A stretch of 64,000 bases of DNA, taken from Trichoplax adhaerens. Its lineage: Eukaryota; Animalia; Placozoa. Numbering within the stretch: the first letter of the stretch is position 1; each line of letters opens with the position of its first letter. Shown piece by piece: positions 49,101 to 61,100 of this stretch. The DNA lies in contig NW_002060943.1 of the NCBI RefSeq assembly GCF_000150275.1, positions 10,572,209 through 10,636,208 on the forward strand, written 5' to 3'. The notes beneath the pieces are model-generated. The model had not been told where the DNA came from. It saw only the letters and a program-made list of their open reading frames with translations, and made no database searches. The position numbers and the translations under genes are program-made.

Positions 49101-52100
49101 GGCAACTGTTAGTGTTGTATTGTTAATGATATATGAAACATTTTTATGATATTGTAGGTTAGCAAACGCGAGAAATCTATAGAAAAACTAGAACTTGACC
49201 TAATGATGGCCCAAGAAGAAGTTCGTAATAAATCAAATCAGGTCAGCATTTTCAATTTCATATTACGCTATTTTAATTGAAATTTTGGTCTGAGACACTT
49301 TTAACATTTGAATAATAAAGTTTTGCTATTGATAGCTTACTGTTTCACGATTGTAATATTTGCTTTGCTGGTTTAGGTTGACCGGTACGACAAAACAAGA
49401 GACGAATTAGAGCGAGAAGTTACCCTGACCAGGAAGCGAAATGATGAATTAATACAAGAGGTAAATTAGTATCATCCACATATGTGGATATGGTTCTGTC
49501 GGGCTTTACTTTTTCGTTAATCATATCTTACGAGTCAAAATTAACTAAATTGCGTCTATGATATAGTAATTTTTCTCTTGTTTATTTATGCTCTACATTG
49601 ATTCTAGAATAATAACCTATTGTCACGCATAGAAATTACAGATCTAGCAACAACCAGTGAACAAAGTACATTAATTGTCGAGGTAGGTACTATAGTATTA
49701 AGTGATGGTATCATTATATCGTACGCTGCTCATACTTTCTAATATCAAAATTAGCTTTAACAAAAGAAATATTTTAATTATGTATAAAATAGCAATTATG
49801 ATTATTAGTTAATTTAGCTATTTTATGCTAGCTGGCTATTATGATAAATCAGTTACTATTGCAGTAAAATATTTATTCTCAGCAATACAAATTACATCCT
49901 TAATTTATTTATTTCGTAATCATGTGCTTTCATGACATTAAAAATATAATAACTTTACGTTTGATGATCATTTATAGCATACAGTATTATTGCTTTTAGT
50001 GGCGATCAAATTACCTACGCAGAATTCATTCGTGATAAAATTTTTATAAATCTATCAAATACATAGGATAGGAAAGAAAATCATTTTATCGAGCATTTAA
50101 GTTTTATATTTGATTTAAGTAATGCGTAATAAGTAAAATCCAGATAATAGCACCCTGTATAATTGAAATTTTTTGTAAAACATGTATCTCCATTTTGAGT
50201 GTTGCGTTACTGACTAATTAGAACCTGATACTATTAGTTGTGTGTATTATAAAGTATTGACATAATCATAGTTGACTACATTTTATAGTAAATTTTGTTC
50301 TTGATATAAGAAAAATTTCATGCCATGACAAACTAATGCATATATTCTTACATAAATGTTAAAAATTCAAAGCTGGAAAAATCGAAATCTATTAACAATC
50401 GATTACTGAAGGAGTCGGAAATTATTAAGAATCAGCTTACAAACAGCCAAGCTAAAGTAAATAATGCGTTTCGTAGTTTAACTTCAGAACTTAATATTCT
50501 GTAGTATGGAAGTAATAAAACTTTTAATTAATAGGTTCAACAGCTCGATAGCGAAATTGATAAATTAAAGATGCAGCATCGCTCCGAGGTAAGTTTGGAA
50601 AATTACTATGCTAAATACTATACAATTGATCTATCTCGATATGGTGAATTATATCAAATCGGTTATAGTTAATAAAATTTTAAAATTTACTTCACTTAGC
50701 TGCAAGCACAAGAAAGTGATCTAAGAAATAAAGAAAGACTTCTTGAGGATACTGAAAAACGCTATTCTATTTTAAAAGAAAAGGTAGTATTATATTCCTG
50801 TCTTCGCGATCGAACATTGAACCCTATATTTAAAGTATAATTATATGATGCGATGAGGAAGACGCACAAGAACTTAACATCTGGATTACATTATAAAATT
50901 CTATTCTTTTAATGGAATCAATTAGAGTTGTTCTTGTATCGATTCTGATTCTTCCTTAGGTTAAAAATCAAGAAGAAGACATTGATCAATTACAGAATGA
51001 TTTAGATAATACATCATCTCGGGTTCGTTCTGCAGCTCATATGGTAAGGAGTTAAATAAATGAAGTTAAATTTAACTAAAGGCTACTTGCTAAAAAAATT
51101 TAGTATTTCCTACATTGATTAATCTAATTTTCTTTTCAATAAATTATAAAGATTAAAGCAAAAGACGATACGATAACTCGCTTACAAGCTGACATTAAAG
51201 CATTGCAATCTGAACGACAGAATCTTCTCTCGGAGGTGATCGATTAGCCTTTGTTAATCAAAACATTATTAGCCATATGCTAACTTGATTTCTTTACTTG
51301 TAGATTGGTCGTAAAGAGGATTCTATTAGTGAGCTAAAGAATGATCTTTACAAGATCAAGGATAGAAATGATGAACAATCGATAGAGGTTAGCTTTAGAG
51401 ATGCCTGGTCTTCTTTCATAAACATATACTTTACCTACAAGATTTGATTTGATTGTTAAAGTAATAAACAATATTGCTATTTGCGCTTAGGTTTCACATC
51501 AGCAAGATATTATTACGAAAGTGGAGAAATCATTAGGCGAGGCACAACAAGAAATTGAAAGTGTTAAGCAATCAGCCGACAAGGACGTAAGTGAAATAAT
51601 TTCTTCACGTCATTTGTAGCAGTGCTATCGATCACGATACGAGAAAAAGCCGCTAAAAATTCTAGCTGTGCTTACCAAAGAATCATCTAATTTTGTGAAG
51701 AGCTGGTTAAAACTGACAAGAATTTATTTAATTAAAGATAAAAAAAATTGATTGAAAATGTCAATCTGTACTTATTTAATGCTTTTACTGGCTAATCTCA
51801 TAACTATTTAAAATACACTATAAGAACATTGACTGTTAGTTTCTGGTATCCAACATCAATTGGAAAGATGATAAATTATCATCTTGATGTAATTAAGTCA
51901 TTGCTTAATTTGGAGAGATATGAACTAATCAATGCCATAATTAATATACAATCAACATTATCATTTAATGTCATTAATATAATAAGATTAGGATGTGTGT
52001 GAATTCAAGTAATAATGAATTAAGCAACAACTTCATCGAACATTTTATGTTGGATGAGTTAGAATCCTTCAGCTTAGGCTAGACGATCATTTTACAATCT

Positions 52101-55100
52101 TTAAAGTTGAAATTATTGACTTTTAACTTTATCAATCAGGCATTTCTTTAAGATTACAAGTAAAAGCTAATGGTACATTTATTACACCGCTAGTGATAGC
52201 ACTCGTTAACATCATTAATAGCTGCAGTATTAGTAATATCTAGACATAAAAGTTTTACTGGTTATAATCTTGATATTTAACATCCATCATTGTTTTTGGA
52301 CAGTTTTAATACTGAAATATCTTCAAAAGCTTGTTGAATTATTTTAATACTCTACTTTCATTTTGAAAAGATTATTAATATTGATTTCCATTTGGATATC
52401 ATGTTGGTGTTCTAGTTGATTTTTCACTACTTATAAACTTACTTAATTTTATTGGCTATCGTTAAGACGATCCTAATTCATATTATATAGTAATGTACGG
52501 TATTTTTCTCTGGTTTTAATCCACATCAGTAATAAATTTTCTTAGTTTTCAAGTTCTAGATACGCTGCGTAATTTCTGCGTTATACGTTATAATTTAGTG
52601 GATGGAAAACTGAAATTCTCAAGTTCAGTTATATCTCCAATGCTCTGCAACTACTGTTAAAAGATAAACGAAATTACCGATTAAAGATAATCAATTTTTT
52701 AAACTTTTTCCATAGTATAAATTGCAGTAAACTTATGAAGTAGACTACCATATCATGAAATATTATCGTTAGAAATTACAATGATGATGTACTACTGTAA
52801 TTTTGTGTTCTATATCAAATTTATGTATGAGTGATAGCGATTTGAGATCGCAATTTATGTCTAATGACTAGTTTTTCCTTCAAGCACTGATTGTTCAACG
52901 TGAGAATTCTACGATTGTAAATAATGTTAAAGATTATGGTTATGACGTTTTAGTTTTAGTTCAATTCAGTCATCGATTTTTTCATTTCAATAGCTTAGTA
53001 CCTAATTGCGGTGTCTAATAATGCTATATTGAAAAGGCACTATTTGCTGGCTGTCTTAGATAAAACATTCTCTTGATGGTGTAGTCTAATCAACAGTTTA
53101 TGAGCAGTGTTGACATTTTCTTTATTCGAGGTTACTTAGTTGTCCTAGATGAGCTATTTTAGCCACATTAATCCTTTGTCCATGGTAGTCATTTACGATA
53201 TATCATGATATCCACGTAAAAGATATTCCTACATGATTTCAATCAGGACTAACTATATACACCCATGATTTTTCTAGTTAAATCAGTGTGCGGAAACTAT
53301 TGGCAATTTAGAATCTGAATTAGCAGAATCTCGTCAAAAGTACACGGATTGCTACGAAAAGGTAATAACAATTGCAAAAGATTTACACACCTATAAGTAC
53401 CTTACAATAACTGATCCACTACTTGAGGTTGAAATGCCAGAATTAAGGAGTTCTCTGCAATAATAATTTCTCTATATAGCACCATAATAATACATGAGTG
53501 TATGCTGATTTCTTTCTCACTACAGCAGTTTGTTTCCATTTCACGGCCATGATATTGCAGTAATTCAGAAATACTTATAGGACATTAGCTATCTACTAGC
53601 GTTCTGTTACTATACTATAATAAATCTTTTTTTCCCTGCTCTTATTCGAATTTTATCTAATGATTTTAGAACTATTCGAATAATACAGTTCAGATAAGAC
53701 TCAGTTCCAGAGTATGATTACGATTGTCTACTTAGTTCAATTATTACGGTATAAAATAAATTAGCTTAAATTAAGTCAGATTACAAAATTATGATACACT
53801 GTTCGTATTAATAAGTAAGTTTTCTTTATATAGTTTTTACAATGCGAAAATGCTATCGAAAATTTAAAACGCGACAATGAAATGTTGTTGAGATCACAGG
53901 AGCAGTTAAAAGATGATGTAAGTAAATTTATTTAGAGTATATACGTATTTTTACCCTTAGTATGGGTAAATAATGGACCAGATGATCTTCATCTCTATTC
54001 ATTTAATGATAAATAAAAGAATTGATTGAATCCTTCTGTAATACGATTATTTTAGCTTGAAGAAGAAAGGAGAGAGATGGAGTTAAATTATAACTTAATA
54101 AAGGAAAAACATAAAGTTTGCCAGACCGAAGTATGTTAAACATTAAGTAAAATATTGTTTTTAATTTATTTCCAGTTATTTTATATGAATTGCGTACGGC
54201 ATTCTAAATATAGTTTACTAACAACTGGTAAATTTAACGTTACTAAATCGCTAAGGTTTCAAATCGTGATGGAAAAATAGTAGGAATGCAGAACGAGTAT
54301 AACAATCTTCAAAAACAAAATTTAAAAATTAAAGATGATGTAAGTTTGTTTCCCCTAAAGGAATACACACATATCAGATCCTTTATAACGGAAAATGCTC
54401 TGCTATTCTGTATTTGAACGCAGCTATTCAATACCCTTAAATATTTATTAAATACAATCATTTTTTTAGTTATCGCGACGTGAACAAGAGCTAAAAGTTA
54501 TTAAAGATCAATTATCGACGTTTCAACAAAATGTTGCTGAAATGAAGAAAAATTATCAGAAACAGGTATTAATAAAAATATGCAAGATGTTATTAGTTTT
54601 CTTTAATCTGCGTTACATCGACTATTTCAAACAACATATTCATTATCCAACACTTTCCTGATATGGTTATATCTATTTTAATATTTTTAATGTTAAATAC
54701 CTGTATAGCTGCATCAAAATGAGAAAACAATTCATCACCTCCAACAAAAGCAGCAAGTGGACACCAATGAGGTAAAATAAGAAATAAAGCAATTCTAACT
54801 TGCCTTACTTATCATTATATCATAACTGCATTACATGCATTTTAATTTGCTATAGATGTCCAACTTAGAAAGCGCGAATAACCAGTTACGAAAACAAGTA
54901 GAGGAGGCACAAAAATCGCTCCAATCAACGGTAATATAAGTTGTCATCCGGTGTATCTACTATCTACAGAACTTGTAACTGCTGTGATTAGATAGCGACC
55001 CAATTGAATAACAATCTCGGATTATCTTACCTCATTTTGATATTTTTCACTTATCGACTAGATTAAGAATAAAGAAGAAATAATCGATGGTTTAAAACGC

Positions 55101-58100
55101 GAAGTTGAGATCTCGGCTAATCGGGTTAATGATTTACTGGCGGAGGTACGCTCACCATTTTGCAGATACTGGCCAACTGTTAGCTTTAATCATCTTAAGA
55201 ATTAGTAGATCTGAAATCATTTTCTGTACTCATTGCGTTCGCTTTTTAGATTCCACAGATTCAGGAAAAGAATGAAGTATTAAAAGCGGAATTGCTTGAA
55301 CAACACCATCACAATATCGAAAAGGAGTCCAAGGTGGGTCAGAAATAACTATTCTGAGGACGGTTAAAATTTGATTGGTATCTGCTGTAGATTAAAAAGT
55401 CTTATTATATATCTAGATTGAAAAATTCAGAGAATCTAGCAAATTGCTAGAAGAAAAAATAAACAGCTACGAGAAACAGGTATTGAAACATTATCTTAGC
55501 ATCCAAATTAGTTTTATTTATTGTTTATCAGTTCGTAAGTTTCTTTCTTTATGATATTAATGACGTTCAGCCTAAATTATATAACAAACAAAGTAGGAAT
55601 TTAAAGATTAGCATGATTTTAGTATCATAAATTAGTTTCTATTAGTATTTTATTATTGTTTCTTTCATTCATAAAATTGATGATTTGAAAGCCAAATTAC
55701 GTGATAATTAATTCGAGGATTTACATTTCGACTGATCTTGTTATTACTAGTAATTTTCTGATGATTACTTTTTCATTTTGCTTTTCTTTCTTTTATAAGA
55801 CTAATGATATGAAAGCTAAATTACATGACAATCAATTAGAAAATCAACGTTTTGAAATTAATTTGTCAAACACGAAAGAAAAATATGTACAGTGCCAGCT
55901 CAAGGTTCGTTTAAAAATTAACGGGGATAGTACTAGTTACAAAGTGCTATTATCCTTTAATTCATTCCTCTTTGATTAGATCGAAAAGCAGGAAAGTCAG
56001 ATACATGATTTAGAGAAGAATATTGCAGATTTACGTGCACAAGTTAGAGATAAACATAATGATATTTTCATCGATGAGTTTAGGGTGGTTAACTTATTAA
56101 TACATTTTACTATTATAACTCTTTCAGATTAAGGTAAAGGATAAAGTTTATGACGATCTAAACGTAACTCTAAAGGAATCCAACGAATTTGCGCAGGAAA
56201 GACAAGAACAAGTTAGTAGAATAATAACAAAATAGCTTATAAAGAATTTTCGAACTGATTGAAGGTATGATACGCCTATCCTGTTAGATTGAGTCCTGTA
56301 CTCAAAATATTCAGAAGCTGAATAAAGAATTACAAAAACTGCAAAAACAATATCAAAAAGCATGCCAAAAGGTAAATGGACTATATATAGTAAAACGTTC
56401 AGCGATATACCGTAAAGCTGAAAGGTAGTATATAATAAAAATTCCCACTATTGCTAATTACGCAGATAACTCAATACGAAGACGCTGTTACTAATATGAA
56501 TCAAGAGCTTATTAGTAAACAAAAACAGGTAAAACTAACTCTCAAAAAGTTAATTAGAACTCTATATTCGGGCGAGAGAACAGTCTAATTCTTTAATCTT
56601 GACGACTATTTCAATATGTAGCTTCTCCAGCATGAAAATGCTATAGAAGATGCAAAAAATGACTTGTCTAAAGCTCAACGAAATCAACAACTAAGCCAGC
56701 AGGAGGTAATTGTTACGAATATTTGTCTTAGATTAAATATTTCCGTTCAGAGAAATTGTCTATAAATAATATCTGATGATTGCAAAATATTGTTCTTAAT
56801 CAGAAATTTCTTATCATTAACGTCTATTTATTGCACTAGCTCATGCAAATATATAGGCATTTAAATAGCATGGATTAAACACACTTATTTAGAGAAATAA
56901 TCAATAGATAATTTTATTATTATAATTTATTGTTAGCAGTTGTTAAGAAGTTCGCCACCATTATTATCCATTTATTTGATAATCTCACGCAAAATGCTTA
57001 CTTGTCCGAATTCACTTTAAATTTTGTTAGCTTTTGAGGATATAATGATGTGATATACGGAATGGCCGAATATGCTATATGTTGTATAAATACATATTAC
57101 AGTAAATAATTAACTGATATACTCGTATATGTACAAGATGTGATTTGCATATTGTAACTTATACGAACCTTAATAGATATTTTAATGTGAATCATTCTAT
57201 GATAATAAGTTTTGAATTTTACGCATTATACAGATTCAGAATTATGAAAGAAAGCACAAAGAATTAAGTACAGATTTTGCGGCTTTACGAGAACAACATA
57301 GGAAATGTATTGAACAGGTATGTCTCATTAGCTTGATGTGGAAGTATATTTCATTATAAAAATTTACAACTTTAAATTTATACATTGCTTCATACAATAT
57401 CGTAGAAATTGCAATTATTTGACTCAAATGGGCTAGTAATGCTGTAATTTACCAACTATTATAAATTTGTCGTTTTATAAGGTATCAGAAAAGGATGAGA
57501 TGATTCAAGAATTACGAGTGGAGCTGGTGGCAACGAAAGACCAACATGACGCTGCGAGACATGAGGTATAGATTTAAATTCATTTTCTTTAAATTTTTGT
57601 ATTAGAAAAAATCGTTGCGTTGGTGTATTATAAACAATTGACAGTTATAGCGATAAAATTAAAATGTTTCGAAAAGAGAAAATTTGATGCTTAAAATTAG
57701 TACGGTACCGTAAGAGCTCTTGTGATTGGTAAATAAGAAAGAATTTATTTTACTGGAAAAATATCAAATATTACTACATTCATTAAATGCAAATCATTAT
57801 CTGAACGATGCTAAATTTAATTTTTCATGAATTGAATTTACCAAATGTGAATTAAGTATTAATACAAACCCGTTTGTTAAAACATAATATACAATCTCAG
57901 CTGCATTAACATTTAGTTTCCTCAAACAGTATAACAGTAATGGAGTCGCTTAGTGAGTTTATTTGATACAGACTGTATAGTTTGATTAATCAAATGTTTA
58001 CTATATTGTTTTACTTTCATAGACAATGGATAAAATTAAAATGATACAAGAATTAAAGGAAGATCTTTCGTCTTTAAATCAGAAATTTATAAGTCAGGTA

Positions 58101-61100
58101 ATTGGAGAGTTGTTCTTTCACTTGGATAAAACTTTTGTAGTAAGCAGTTACTGCAGACACGGTACGTTTAGAATTATACGTACAAAGCTATTTGTTAAAA
58201 TATTCTTAAATGGGATTAAATATAGGCTGCTGATTTCGATGTTAAGCGTAAACAATTGGATGTAGACTTAAATGCACTTGAAAATCAAAGAGAAGACTTG
58301 CAAAACGAGGTAAGAGATATGGGATGTTTAGAAATGGTTATCGCACTAGTACGGTAGTTTTTAAATGAGTATTTTCTTGTATTAAACTTGTTATACGTTA
58401 GTAAATTCTATATCCAAATAAATTTTTATAGATTGTAGCTCGTGAAGACCGCATTAAACAGAACTATAATGAAATGGATTTATTGCAAGATGAAATACAA
58501 GATAGGAATCAACAGGTTAACTATAAGTCAGAATGACAGTTATTGCGATCTTTGTGATTTAGGCAAAGGCTAGTAACTTGCTAAATCTATTATTGATAAT
58601 GATTAGATTGATCAGTGTGAGCAAGTCATTGATGAATTAAAAGAAGAACTATCCAGCTTAAATAAAAAACATCGTCATGCGATTTCTGAAGTGTGTTAGA
58701 ATATATTTTTATAATAATTATCTTTCTCACATTTATTTTTCATCCATTTTATATCAATTATCCGTTCTAACCATACTCGTTGTATAGATTGCACAATCAA
58801 AAACGGATATTTTACAGTTAAAAGAAGATTTAATTAATGCTCGTCAACAATACAGAAATTGTGCCCAAGAAGTACGAATATTAGATACAATTTGAGATAT
58901 AAATTACTGATGTTACCTCGTTGAGATTATTTTGATAATTATGATTTGCTCTTTTCCTTAATATAGTTGGCTCATTACGAGGAGAAGCTTGTCATATTAG
59001 AGGGAACTTCCAACACAACGCAGCAGCAGCTAAATAATCGTTTATCAGAGGTAATAGTTCGATACATGTACATATTCTCATAATAAAATCTTATCAACAA
59101 TCTTATCCTGATATACCACGATAAGAGTATCGTGAAATTGTTATATACCAGATTATGCCAGTAAAAATGTCTATTTAACTTCTACAGATTGTAAAATTAG
59201 AACAACGATGTCAAAAATATCAAGGTGATTTACATGCTATGGAAGATCTTAAGAAAATTCAGGAGCAAAAGGTATGTTTCCGGTATTTATTTTGCTAGCT
59301 ATCGAAATTTTTTGCGAAACATATCAAGTATAAGTTGAGTAATAGAAATTTCGGGTTTTAATTTTGAAATGTGAAACGCATTTAATTTAAACCTGCTACT
59401 ACTTATATTTCGACGAGTAAGCAATCAAAGGAGATATTTAGTTACATCTTTTACCATTTGCCCAAATTTACGAAAGGCGTTTAAATTTATTCAAGCTACA
59501 CTTGTGGCCCTTTAAGTTTTGATTAAAAGATGGTAGTCGAAAGATGTAACCGATTACTGATTAAGTAATCATTAATTATTTTGTAATTTATTAAAATATC
59601 TCCCAAACGCTAACCAATTGATAGAAATATAGAGCACTAATTAAAAATATAAATCTATTCAATCTTAATATTTCTTTGCTTTATATTCTGATTATAGATA
59701 ATCGAAAAGGATAATCAGTTACAGGATATGAGACAAGAAATTGATAAATTAAAGATGATTTATAATGCTAACACGGAACAGGTTTTAAAATTTTTACTGT
59801 GAATAATTAACTCGTACGACGTATAGCATTAAATGCAGGAGTTTAAAAGTTAGATTGAAATTCAAGATATCAATAAAACAAAAAATGTGATTTTTGTTTC
59901 TGGAATAGATCAAAAAATATGAAACTGAAATAAAAGAGCTCGAAGAAAAATTAGCTAATTCACTGGAAAAGCAAGATTCTATGCGTGTTGCGGTAATAAA
60001 GTTTTCAATGATTACTTTATATGAATACCGTAGTAGCTAATTTTAATATTTGATATCAGATGAAGGAGAATAACGGATTACAACAGCAGCTCGAAATTAA
60101 TTATAAAAATGCCCTTGAAAGAACACAATCTTTGCAAAACCAGGTAAGATTTTAAAATAAACTTACTTACAAAATTGTTCTTAAACTATGATGTTGAAAT
60201 AGCTGTCTGGAAGTTATAATACCATTTCATGAAAATTTATTCAGATTAAGGATCTTACCGACGCAAATAGTGAAATGGATCAAACAATAAGCATGTTGCA
60301 GAAAGAGACTCAAGCTCAAGAAGCCGAAGTATTTTATAGATTAATACCATAGCCTAGAGTTGATGTGTTTTCCGGCTGATTATTTATACGTATTTGATTA
60401 CTGATAGATACATGAACGAAGCGAAATATTGGAACAAACGAAACAAGAACTGATTATTTTCCAGAAGAAATATGCTGATGCTGTTGAAGATGTAACTGTT
60501 ATCTGTTAAGATAATTTCGAAAACATAGGTTTATCTAACTTTTAGCGATGCGTAATAATTATCATTACAGATTGCTCAGAGAGATGGCCAAGTCGCTGTA
60601 CTTAATATGAATATTAAACAAGTGGAAGAACAAATCAAACGCTATGAAAATGAGGTAGGTTTGACATATTGGTATATATTTAACATCAATATTTTATTGG
60701 GATGGAATATCTAGTTATATCTCAGTTCTTCTCTATATCAATCTTTTCAGATCAAGCGTTATTCTGATGAAATTAAGAAATTAAAGAATGAATGTAATCG
60801 TTATGAAGAAGAGATTAAATTGATGAAAATTAAGGTAGTGCGCATTAAATAATCTGGTAAAGCTATCAGAATTACAATTAAAATTTCACATTATTTATTA
60901 GCTATCAGAAGCTACCACAGCTACCGGTAATAAGCAACAACGGTTAATTAAAACCGAAAAGCAAAAGAGAGAAGCTGAGGAGTCGGTTAGTTAATGCTCG
61001 ATGAAGCTAAGGAATGGTCCTCATATAGATAATAATTTTAATAACCTCCTCAACAGATTCAGCGTTATGCTCAAAAGTTGGATCTTATGAAGAAAGATTT

